This document shows positions 9,342 to 18,731 of a DNA stretch of 35,867 bases, in pieces. This DNA is from Promethearchaeota archaeon Loki_b31 (GTDB taxonomy: Archaea > Asgardarchaeota > Lokiarchaeia > Sigyniarchaeales > SOKP01), in NCBI GenBank assembly GCA_005222975.1, contig NJBI01000035.1, positions 1-35,867 of the forward strand, given 5' to 3'. How positions within the stretch are numbered: the first letter of the stretch is position 1; every line of letters starts with the position of its first letter. Position numbers and translations under genes: made by a program. The notes under the pieces were generated by a model. The model had not been told where the DNA came from. It worked only from the letters and a program-made list of their open reading frames with translations, and made no database searches.

Positions 9342-9383
9342 GTTATAAGATGACTTACCTTGCGAAGGAGGGAGTCTAATAAT
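9342..9383 (+). promoter_or_regulatory. Putative SECIS element (eukaryote-like AUGA/GA core) downstream of mvhD
   Basis: GTTATAAGATGACTTACCTTGCGAAGGAGGGAGTCTAATAAT folds by hand into a lower stem, U9351.G9374, tandem G9352.A9373 and A9353.G9372, an upper stem CTT(A)CCT/AGGAGG and an apical loop TGCGA. It is a GC-rich spot in an AT-rich spacer right after two TGA-containing genes. Confidence 0.72.
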
Positions 9384-9433
9384 AGTTTAATTTGTTAATA
9401 TGTGCATTTAATAAATAGGTAAATGAAGGAAAT

Positions 9434-10942
9434 ATGGTTCAAGTTGTAAATAGCAAGTTATTTAAGGGAATTTCTCCCAAAGACTTAATGGAGGCTACTT
9501 ATCAAGCTTCGGGAAACTTTCAAGTTAGAGCTTTTTTTGAAGCAAAAGAAGAGATATTGAAAGTAAATAAATTTTCTGAAAACGAATTTTACGAAATCCT
9601 AGATGCTATGATAGAAGCAGAAACTGAGCGTAAATTAGTACTGAAAGAATTAATGGGGAATAAGCCGTTATTTTTAGAGGAAATCGTAAAGATCGTCAAA
9701 GATTTCCCTCCTGAAAATGTTATTGGAGATGTTATATATTTAAAAGAACAGGGGTATGTTCAGGAACATGTGGAAATCAAGACTAAAACGGTTATAAAAA
9801 AAATCAAGGGAGAAGAAAAAGAAGTTGAAGTGAAAGAATTCTTTTATAGGTACCAAGTAAGGGATTTACCAGACGATTTTATTGAGTACTATTTTGAACC
9901 TGTTTCTATAGTTTTTAACGCGGGAGTCTGTTGTCAATGTGGATGGTGCTCTGCGATCTGTCCTGTAAACGCCATTGTAGTAACGGCAGACACTCTTGAA
10001 ATTGACGAAGATATTTGCATGAAATGTGGGTTGTGTTTTTCGGTCTGTCCTCGTTCCTTTTCGATAGATCAAGCTAACGAAAGCATTAAAAAGTTAGACA
10101 AATCTTTAAAATGGTCTGACAAAACTGGAGCTTATATTAACGCTTACTCAGCATCAACGACCAAAGATGATATTAAGAAAGTTCGTCAAGATGGTGGTAT
10201 TGTAACTTCTATCTTGGAATATCTTTTAGATAATAATCTTGTTGATGCAATTGTAGCTGTGCAGCATTCTGAGGAATTATGGAGACCAGAACCTGTAATA
10301 GTAGAAAGTGTGGAAGATTTATATAAAACGGGTGGAACTAAATATGCAAATTCGCCTTCTTTAACCATCATAGATCAATGTAAGAAATACGAGAAGATAG
10401 CTTTCGTAGGAGTGCCTTGCATGATGAAAGCTATAGAAAAGGGGACTATGTTTCCAAGTGGGTTACCATTTTTTAAAAATATTAAATACAAGATCGGTCT
10501 TTTTTGCATGGAATCATTCCCTTACGACGGAATAATTAATTTAGCTAAAGAACAGTTTAATAAGGACATAAACGAACTAACCAAAATGAATATTGGAGGC
10601 GGTAAATTTATAATAAATTTGAAATCTGGAGAGCAAATGGATGTACCACTTAAAGAAGTGCAAAAATACGCGCGTGATAATTGTCATTTTTGTGAAGATC
10701 TAACATCAGATTACGCCGACATTTCTGTAGGATCGATTGGGTCGCAAGATGGATGGTCTTCTGTAATAACGAGATCGAAAGATGCAGATAAACTATATAA
10801 CGATATAGTTAAAGCAGGATTAATCGAATCTAAGAGTTTAAAGGATGTAAAGCCCGGGCAATTTCTAGTTGAAAAAATTGGTGTAAGTAAACGAAAAAAA
10901 TGTAAATCAATAAATTTAAAAGAGAATCAAGATGGACACTAA
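9434..10942 (+). CDS. FrhB/FdhB-family F420-binding subunit with ferredoxin domain and extra ~150 aa N-terminal (winged-helix-like) domain
   Basis: CCQCGWCSAICP, CMKCGLCFSVCP, QDGGIVT, VGVPC, IGLFCMESF and CHFCEDLTSDYADISVGSIG. Confidence 0.85.
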   Translation: MVQVVNSKLFKGISPKDLMEATYQASGNFQVRAFFEAKEEILKVNKFSENEFYEILDAMIEAETERKLVLKELMGNKPLFLEEIVKIVKDFPPENVIGDVIYLKEQGYVQEHVEIKTKTVIKKIKGEEKEVEVKEFFYRYQVRDLPDDFIEYYFEPVSIVFNAGVCCQCGWCSAICPVNAIVVTADTLEIDEDICMKCGLCFSVCPRSFSIDQANESIKKLDKSLKWSDKTGAYINAYSASTTKDDIKKVRQDGGIVTSILEYLLDNNLVDAIVAVQHSEELWRPEPVIVESVEDLYKTGGTKYANSPSLTIIDQCKKYEKIAFVGVPCMMKAIEKGTMFPSGLPFFKNIKYKIGLFCMESFPYDGIINLAKEQFNKDINELTKMNIGGGKFIINLKSGEQMDVPLKEVQKYARDNCHFCEDLTSDYADISVGSIGSQDGWSSVITRSKDADKLYNDIVKAGLIESKSLKDVKPGQFLVEKIGVSKRKKCKSINLKENQDGH

Positions 10943-12044
10943 AACATTTCAGGATTTAATAAAGGAAGTACACGATATAGGCATTTGTCAAGAATGTGGA
11001 GGCTGTGTAAGTTTTTGTAGCTCAGCAGAATATAATGTTATTGGATTTAAAGACCAATATTTGCCTCCAGTATATATTAACGAAGATAAATGCCTCGAAT
11101 GTGGAATATGTTATTATATTTGTCCACAAACACATGTTTTAGACGATGATCTCAACAAAACCTATAATTTTTCTGATTTTTCTTCTATGCCAATCGGATT
11201 TTACGAGGATATATATTCGTGTCAAGCCTCTGATGAGGAATTTTTAGAATATGGAACTGATGGCGGTGTAGTGAACTCAATAATAAATTATTTGATAGAA
11301 AAAAAAATGGTTGATGGAGCAATTGTTTCGAGGACTGAAGCTCCTTTTTCCAGGGAAGCAACTTTTGCCGATAATAAACGTGATTTAATAAGATCTTCTG
11401 GAACTAAATTGGATATCTCGCCTCATTTAGACGAGATACAAAAGTTTAGTACTTATACTCATTCAATTCCAGAATTGAATCATTATAAATTCAAAAAATT
11501 AGCGGTAGTGGGTACTCCTTGCCAATTATATACGATCAGGTGTATGCAAGATTTAGGAGTGACTCCTTCTGAAAATGTTGAGATATGTCTTGGCTTATTT
11601 TGTTATGAAAATTTCTTTTTTGAAAAATCGCAGATAAAGAAATTTGAGAAAGATTTTAACATAAAATTTTCTGACATTGTTAAGATCAACATCAAAGAGG
11701 ATGTGATTTTTAGATTAAAAAGTGAAGGAACAGGAGAAAAAATAATCCATATTCCATTTAATCATTTAAAAGAGTATAAGCGTCCAGCCTGTAACGCTTG
11801 TGATGACTTCACTAATATTTTTGCTGATATCTCATTTGGAGGGTTAGGCTCACCTGATAAATATACTACTGTTATACCTCGAACTGAGAAAGGCAAAAGT
11901 ATTTTATCTCAGGTAATTAATGCTGGAATAATTAATTGTTTAGATTTAGATTCGAATAAAAAAACTAAAATGACTGAGTTAATTTCCCAATTTTCTCAAT
12001 CAAAAATTAAACGTAAAGAAGATTTTATGAAGAATATAATTTAA
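10932..12044 (+). CDS. FrhB/FdhB-family F420-binding subunit with ferredoxin domain
   Basis: CQECGGCVSFC, CLECGICYYICP, GTDGGVV, VGTPCQ, LGLFC and CNACDDFTNIFADISFGGLG. Overlaps the previous gene by 11 nt. Confidence 0.85.
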   Translation: MDTKTFQDLIKEVHDIGICQECGGCVSFCSSAEYNVIGFKDQYLPPVYINEDKCLECGICYYICPQTHVLDDDLNKTYNFSDFSSMPIGFYEDIYSCQASDEEFLEYGTDGGVVNSIINYLIEKKMVDGAIVSRTEAPFSREATFADNKRDLIRSSGTKLDISPHLDEIQKFSTYTHSIPELNHYKFKKLAVVGTPCQLYTIRCMQDLGVTPSENVEICLGLFCYENFFFEKSQIKKFEKDFNIKFSDIVKINIKEDVIFRLKSEGTGEKIIHIPFNHLKEYKRPACNACDDFTNIFADISFGGLGSPDKYTTVIPRTEKGKSILSQVINAGIINCLDLDSNKKTKMTELISQFSQSKIKRKEDFMKNII

Positions 12045-12057
12045 AGAGGAGTCTATT

Positions 12058-13329
12058 ATAACAGAAACAAAAAGAGATATTGAGAGAAAAAAGTTATTTG
12101 GAGATACCTTAGATTATTTAGACAAAATTTATGAACCAGATTTAAGAAAGCTATTAAAGAAATGCTATCAATGCGGTCGATGTAGCGGAGTTTGTCAATT
12201 AAGTAAGGTACAAAAATACACTCCAAGTAAAATTATTCAATTAATTTTAGAGGGTTTTGAAGAAAAAGTATTAAAGAGCGAGGTATTATGGGATTGCCTG
12301 ACGTGTAATTTGTGTCTTGCGATATGTCCAGAGGAAATAAACTTTGCAGATCTTGTTAGAATGGCCAGATATAAGATGAGGCATTCATACAATCAAAATA
12401 TCGATGAATCAATAGCACATAAAGGAATCTATACGACGATTTCAGAAATAATAAGTCGTCCATATATTAATCCAGATAGATCTCTCGAATGGATTCCTAA
12501 GGGTTGTAAAACATCGAGTAAAGGGAATATTTTATATTTTGTTGGTTGTTTACCTTATTTCAATTACGAATTTGATAATTTAGATTCTATAGCAAAAAGT
12601 ACGCTACAAATTTTATGTAAAGTCGAAAAAGAACCAATAGTCGTTTTTAAGGATGAAATTTGTTGCGGACACGATATATACTGGGGTCAAGGAAAGTTAA
12701 AAACATTTATTAAGTTAGCAAAAAAAAATATTGAAATGTTTGAGAAAGCAGGAGTCTTTACTATCGTAACTGCTTGTGCTGAATGCTATAGAACTTTTAA
12801 GATTGACTATCAAAAAATTTTTGAAGATTTTAACGAAAAATTTGAAGTAAAGCATATTATTGAATACATTTATGAGATGTGGAAGGAAGGTAAAATAGAA
12901 TTCATAAATACGAGTAAACTTGAAGAACAAATCCCATTTACATATCACGATCCATGTAGATTAAGCAGGTTTTTACCCAAAGAAAATAATATTACTGAAA
13001 GTGTTCGGGAAATATTTAAGGAATTCAATAAATTAGGTTATAATTTTAACGAGATGGAACATAATAAATCAAACTCTTTATGTTGTGGTGTGAATTCTTG
13101 GATGAATTGTAATGAGAAATCTAAAGCTCTTAGATATAAAAGAATGTTAGAAGCCAAATCTGCTGGTACAGTAATGGTAACCTCTTGCCCGAAATGCCGA
13201 ATACATTTATCTTGTCTCCAAAATGATATCGAAGAAATTTCTTCAATAGAGATATTAGATTTCTCTGAGTTTTTAATAAATCATATTAAAGTTATTGAAT
13301 CCAATAGAAAAAGTGAGGAACAGAAATAA
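12058..13329 (+). CDS. HdrD/GlpC-like Fe-S oxidoreductase (2x[4Fe-4S] plus two CCG domains); start extended upstream of track ORF 12310
   Basis: The frame is open from 12040 and encodes CYQCGRCSGVC and CLTCNLCLAICP; the track start at 12310 cuts the second motif. GAGGAG at 12046-12051 precedes ATA 12058. CCG motifs YFVGC/EICCG/TACAEC and HDPC/LCCG/TSCPKC. TAA overlaps the next ATG. Confidence 0.8.
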   Translation: MTETKRDIERKKLFGDTLDYLDKIYEPDLRKLLKKCYQCGRCSGVCQLSKVQKYTPSKIIQLILEGFEEKVLKSEVLWDCLTCNLCLAICPEEINFADLVRMARYKMRHSYNQNIDESIAHKGIYTTISEIISRPYINPDRSLEWIPKGCKTSSKGNILYFVGCLPYFNYEFDNLDSIAKSTLQILCKVEKEPIVVFKDEICCGHDIYWGQGKLKTFIKLAKKNIEMFEKAGVFTIVTACAECYRTFKIDYQKIFEDFNEKFEVKHIIEYIYEMWKEGKIEFINTSKLEEQIPFTYHDPCRLSRFLPKENNITESVREIFKEFNKLGYNFNEMEHNKSNSLCCGVNSWMNCNEKSKALRYKRMLEAKSAGTVMVTSCPKCRIHLSCLQNDIEEISSIEILDFSEFLINHIKVIESNRKSEEQK

Positions 13330-16300
13330 TGGAAGGGTCGGTATTGGTCATTGGCGCTGGTATTGCTGGAATCCAAACCTCTTTAGATCTAACCGAACTT
13401 GGATTTAAAGTTTATCTTGTAGAAAGATCGCCTTCAATTGGCGGAAGGATGGCTCAACTTGATAAGACTTTCCCTACGAATGATTGTAGCCTCTGCATTT
13501 TAGCTCCGAAAATGGTTGAGGTGTTTAGAAATCCTAATATTGAGCTAATGACTTATCACGAAGTTAAAAAAATTAGTGGAGATGCTGGAAATTTTACCGT
13601 CACTGTTCTAAAAAAGCCTCGTTATCTTGAAGAATCCTTGTGCAAGGGGTGCGGGGATTGCGCAGCAAAGTGTCCTAAAATTGAAGTTCCTAATCTCTTC
13701 GATATGAATCTTGGCAAAAGAAAGTCAATTTATATACCTTTTCCACAAGCGGTCCCTCCAGTATACCTAATTGATCCCGAGCTTTGCCTTAAAATAACTA
13801 AAGGTGTGTGCGGAGTCTGTCAAAAAGTATGTACGGTTGAAGCGATAGATTTTGAGCAAAAACCTCAAGAAATTAAAATTAATGTGGGGGCTATTGTTGT
13901 AGCAACGGGATTTGATATGCCTGCTGAACAATTAAATTCAAGATGGGGGTATCGATATCAAAATGTAGTGAGCGCTTTAGAATACGAAAGAATATTATGC
14001 GCCTCTGGTCCGTTTGAAGGTCATGTCTTACGCCCTAGTGACCAAAAAGAACCTGAGAAAATAGCTTTCATTCAATGTGCGGGCTCAAGGGATTTACATG
14101 AAGGAATTCCTTATTGTTCGTCAGTATGTTGTATGTATAGCGCCAAAGAAGCGATCATAACTCGGGAACACTCAGATAATACTGAATGTTTTGTTTTTAG
14201 ACACGATATCAGAGCATATGGAAAAAACTTTTATGAATTTACCCAAAGAGCTCAAGAAGAATATGGCGTAAAATATTTTCAGACAAAAATAAGTAATATT
14301 GAAGAAGACACGGAAACTAACGATTTAATTATTCGCTATGAAGATTTAAAAAATGGAACATTTAATGATTTCCGAGCTAATTTAGTCGTTTTAGCTACAC
14401 CGTTGGTTCCTACAAAAGGAACAGAAGAATTAGCAAGCATCTTAAAAGTTGAATTAGACAAATACAATTTTTTTAAAGAAAAATCTTATTTTAACAAATC
14501 CTTGTCATCAAAAGGGGGAGTTTTCTTATGTGGTTTCTGTCAAGGACCAATGGACATACCCGAAACTGTTGCTGACGCAAGTGGAGTAGCATCTCAAGTC
14601 GCAATGTTACTAAATTCAGTAAAATTTAACGCAATTAAAGAAAAGAAATTTGATGAACCTGAAAAGGAAGTAAAGATTACAGACGAACCACGTATAGGAG
14701 TGCTTATCTGTCACTGTGGGATTAACATTGGAAAATATGTTGATGTTTCTAGTGCTGTAGATTATGTTAAAACATTACCTTATGTTGTTCATTGTGAAGA
14801 TAATATGTATTCTTGTTCTAGTGATTCCCAAGTAAGAATAAGAGAATTGATAAAAGAACATAATCTTAATAGATTTATCGTAGCTTCGTGTACGCCAAGA
14901 ACCCATGAATCATTATTTCAAGAAACCTGCTTAGAAGCTGGATTAAACAAATATTTATTCGAAATGGTTAATATACGCGACCAATGCAGTTGGGTTCATA
15001 TGAATGAATATGAATTTGCAACTGAAAAATCTAAAGATTTGATACGAATGGCTGTTGCTAAAGCGCGGTTACTAAAACCTCTTACTGAAACAAAATTAGA
15101 TATTACACCAACCGCTTTAATTATTGGTGGTGGTGTAACTGGTATGACTGTTGCCCTCAATCTTGCTAATCAAGGATTTAAAACATATATTGCTGAAAAA
15201 GAAGATAATTTAGGAGGTAATCTTAACAACCTTAATATTTTATATCCAATCCACGAGGAGGCTTCAAAATTTTTAAAAGAGATTATAAACAAAGTTGAGA
15301 AAAATAAAAATATCCAGATTCTTCTCGAGTCAGATATTAAAGAAATTAAAGGATTTATCGGTAATTATAATGTTTCTATTACCGCATTAAATCAAAAAGT
15401 TCACGATTTAAAAGTTGGTACAATTATTATTGCTACTGGAGCTCAAGAGTTAAAACCAGAAGGTATTTTTCAGTATAGCAAAAATAATAAAAATGTACTT
15501 ACTCAATTAGAATTAGAAAAAAGATTGAAAGAAGAGGGTAAATCTTGGCTCGACAACATAAATCGCATAACGATAATCCTCTGTGTCAATTCAAGGCAAA
15601 AGGAAGGAGAAGGAATAACTTATTGCTCAAATATTTGCTGTGGAGTGAGTATTAAAAATATTAGTATTTTAAAAGAATTAAAACCAAACCTCGAAATTGT
15701 TGTTCTGTACAGAGATCTTCAGATGGCTAAAAAGGAGTTTGAAGAATACTATCGTGAACGTAGAAAAGAGGCTATGTTTCTGAGATATGACTTAGAAAAC
15801 ATACCAAAAATAATGAAAAAAAGCGGTAAATCCGAAAAATATCAAGTATCTGTATTTGACACGAATTTACAAGATAATCTTCAATTTGATACAGATTTAA
15901 TTGTATTATCAACTCCTATGATTCCCTCTGACAATTTAGAAGGATTAGCTAGGATGCTAAAAGTACCATTGGATAAAAATGGTTTTTTCTTAGAAGCACA
16001 TGTTAAGCTAAGACCTTTAGATTTTGCTACAGATGGCATTTTTCTAAGCGGATGTGCCCAATGGCCAAAGAACATTCAAGATTCAATTTCCCAAGCTAAT
16101 GGAGCTGCGGGGAGAGCAAGTAGATTTTTAAGTGCTAAAACAATTACAAGCTCAGGATTGATAGCCGAAGTAAACCCGGGAAGATGTATAGGTTGTGGGA
16201 AGTGTGAATCCGTTTGTCCATATAATGCTATTGAACTTAAGGAAGCAATTATGGACTTTGAAGAAATTAGTTTAAAAGTTTCAAAATCCTTTATTAACTC

Positions 16301-16421
16301 AGCACTGTGTAAAGGTTGCGGCACTTGTGCGGCAACATGTCCAAACGGCGCAATATCTGTAAAGCATTATGATTTCGATCAAATTTATGCTATGATAGAA
16401 TCTTATTTACTAGAATCGTAA
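13329..16421 (+). CDS. hdrA: Large HdrA-like protein with two FAD modules (Cys-type), 1030 aa
   Basis: GAGIAG and GGGVTG FAD motifs, TFPTNDCSLC, CAGSRD/YCSSVCC, an internal RIGVLICHCG...CTPRTHE...CSWVH domain, and a C-terminal ferredoxin. Confidence 0.9.
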   Translation: MEGSVLVIGAGIAGIQTSLDLTELGFKVYLVERSPSIGGRMAQLDKTFPTNDCSLCILAPKMVEVFRNPNIELMTYHEVKKISGDAGNFTVTVLKKPRYLEESLCKGCGDCAAKCPKIEVPNLFDMNLGKRKSIYIPFPQAVPPVYLIDPELCLKITKGVCGVCQKVCTVEAIDFEQKPQEIKINVGAIVVATGFDMPAEQLNSRWGYRYQNVVSALEYERILCASGPFEGHVLRPSDQKEPEKIAFIQCAGSRDLHEGIPYCSSVCCMYSAKEAIITREHSDNTECFVFRHDIRAYGKNFYEFTQRAQEEYGVKYFQTKISNIEEDTETNDLIIRYEDLKNGTFNDFRANLVVLATPLVPTKGTEELASILKVELDKYNFFKEKSYFNKSLSSKGGVFLCGFCQGPMDIPETVADASGVASQVAMLLNSVKFNAIKEKKFDEPEKEVKITDEPRIGVLICHCGINIGKYVDVSSAVDYVKTLPYVVHCEDNMYSCSSDSQVRIRELIKEHNLNRFIVASCTPRTHESLFQETCLEAGLNKYLFEMVNIRDQCSWVHMNEYEFATEKSKDLIRMAVAKARLLKPLTETKLDITPTALIIGGGVTGMTVALNLANQGFKTYIAEKEDNLGGNLNNLNILYPIHEEASKFLKEIINKVEKNKNIQILLESDIKEIKGFIGNYNVSITALNQKVHDLKVGTIIIATGAQELKPEGIFQYSKNNKNVLTQLELEKRLKEEGKSWLDNINRITIILCVNSRQKEGEGITYCSNICCGVSIKNISILKELKPNLEIVVLYRDLQMAKKEFEEYYRERRKEAMFLRYDLENIPKIMKKSGKSEKYQVSVFDTNLQDNLQFDTDLIVLSTPMIPSDNLEGLARMLKVPLDKNGFFLEAHVKLRPLDFATDGIFLSGCAQWPKNIQDSISQANGAAGRASRFLSAKTITSSGLIAEVNPGRCIGCGKCESVCPYNAIELKEAIMDFEEISLKVSKSFINSALCKGCGTCAATCPNGAISVKHYDFDQIYAMIESYLLES

Positions 16422-16589
16422 AATTAAAAGCTGAAAAATCATGCCAAAAGCAAAGAGAAAAGTAATAAAACAATTCAACAAATAACTGCTTGAATGCATA
16501 TTTTTTCATTTAATAATACACATGCCAATTAAATGCAATCAGATTGCATTATAGTCCTAGACAATATACGAGAAATTGAGATTTCTAAC

Positions 16590-18161
16590 TTATATTTTCA
16601 GAGCAAATTCTTCATCTATATGTATTGATTTGAATCTTGCGATAGATAAAATTCGGTTAGTAGGGATTGTACAAAAGGTTGTCATCTCACCTTGATGCAT
16701 ATTTGTTGTCATATTATATGTTTCAAAAGATTTAATGATATATTTGGAACCATTTTGGGTTAATACAATCCACCAATAGGGATCCTTGTAAATTTCTATA
16801 ATTCCGACTTTTGGTGTTCTTTTTAATAGTGCTATTCTCGAACTTTCAGGAAGCTCTAAAAAAATCTTTTTCTGAAATAACTCCTTTTCAATACTTTCAT
16901 CACCCGCATCCTTAATTGCAAAAAATGATTGAAATTTGATCTTATCAATTAAGTAACGATTCTTCCGATCGATTAATATCATATTTTTTGTATTATGTTC
17001 TTCCAGTGATAGAATAAATTTGTCTAATACCTTGTCTTGAGTTTTTGGTTTTACATAATCTCTAAGGTTAATATTTCTACTCTCAAACTTCCAATCAATT
17101 TCTCCCTTTAGAAATTCCTTTAATTCAAAATCCATGATTAATTTGATACCTGACATTAATATAATTGTATCTTCGATAAGTCCAGGAGTTTGGGTATAAT
17201 TTTCCAAACTATGTCCGATTTCATTTCGTCTAGTGGCAATTTGGCGAAAATTACTTCGTAGAGATTGAATTGCTTGATTTTCTTGAAGCTCAGGAGAGAG
17301 TCTGTTGATATAATAACTTTTGAAGCGCTGTAAAAGTGAACGTCTAATGTTTCTATCTGATGGAAAGGTCGAATCTTTGAAGGAATTGAGTTGATTTCTC
17401 TTTTCTCCCGTATAATTATGATCCTTAAGATATTGTTCATATTGAGCTCTTAGTTCCTTATGTATAGTGTCTTGTTCTTCCTGAGTCGCTATAACATTAC
17501 CCCATAATTCAGAATAACCTCTTTCATTACTCCAGTTGTGAAAGATTCCTTCAAATGTAGCGAAAGAATAAAAATAATCAATAATCATTGAACTTCCGCT
17601 TTTTGCACTGGCGTGGTTATACATTATAGCCTTCATCTTATCAGAAGGTTTGTATCTGAGCAATTTAATGAGAAGAGGAAAAACTAAATTGTATTTATTG
17701 TATTTTACGTCAAAACTGCTGCTACTATCGCAATTTAACTCAATATCTCTATGAATCGAAATAGGTGCATCTTTATTTATAGTTGAAAAATCCTCAACAT
17801 GGAAAAAAATTCTCGCTTTAAGATTTAAATTGACAAGAAATCGTAAAATAAACAATGAATCTCTAACCCAATCAGAAAGTTCATGATAGAGCTAAATATT
17901 ATCTTCCCAACTTTTTTCGGGTTCGATATCCATGCCTAACCAAATTGAATGAGAGTCTATACCAGGTATAGCTCTGCTTATATCATTTCCTTCAGGTTCT
18001 TGTTCATTCTCGGGTTTAGGTTCGATATTTTTTACATACACTTCTTCGTAAATATAATGAGTTATTCCAATTGTGAAAATAGATTGTGGATATTCACGAA
18101 GAGAGTAGATCCCATAATAGTCATTTTTATCTATAAATTGTACTAAAAAGAAACTTGTCAT
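16590..18161 (-). pseudogene. ApeA/HEPN-like RNase-domain protein (523 codons) interrupted by one in-frame TAG (pseudogene or read-through)
   Basis: Track ORFs 17892-18161 and 16590-17855 share a frame and read ...SWEDNI*LYHELSDWVRDSLFILRF... with no other stop. FYSFATFEGIF helix and RNEIGH (RxxxxH, 17211-17228). Confidence 0.6.
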
Positions 18162-18731
18162 ATTGTTAGATCCCTCTAATACTAAAATTATTGATGATTA
18201 AATATATTTTACCTTGAAGAAAAAGAAGCATAAAAATTGTGGTTTTAATCTAGTAATCTTCATTAAGGAAGCCACACGTCACATAAGTTATTTCTAACTT
18301 TTCTGTTATTTAAACCATTAATTAATACTACAATATTCACATTTATATATGAAAGTCAAACTTTCATATTTTAGGTGTCTCAATACGTTTTATAATATCA
18401 AATTTTTTAATAATAACTAATATAAAAAGTTATTTTTAAATTGAATAAATATTTTAATTAAATATTTCATTTAAATAATATATTTAATGTTTGTACACTC
18501 AAGCTTTCTATTCATTATTTTTATTAACTTTTTATTATAAAAAAAGATTTATGAAATATTATTATTTTAATAATTCTATTTTATATTTTTAAAGAAAATT
18601 AGCATAATTTTTCAAAGATGTATGCCAAATTTGAAGGTATTTATATTTAAATGTTTGCATTTTATTTTATACTACTATAAACTATCAAAAACCACTCAAA
18701 TTATATAAATGCAAAAATTTATATATCTAAT

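Noticed and set aside
18162-18731. CRISPR array, replication origin or ncRNA in the long AT-rich spacer
   Set aside because: No regular repeats, ORB-like boxes or GC-rich stems are visible; it fits a divergent promoter region.
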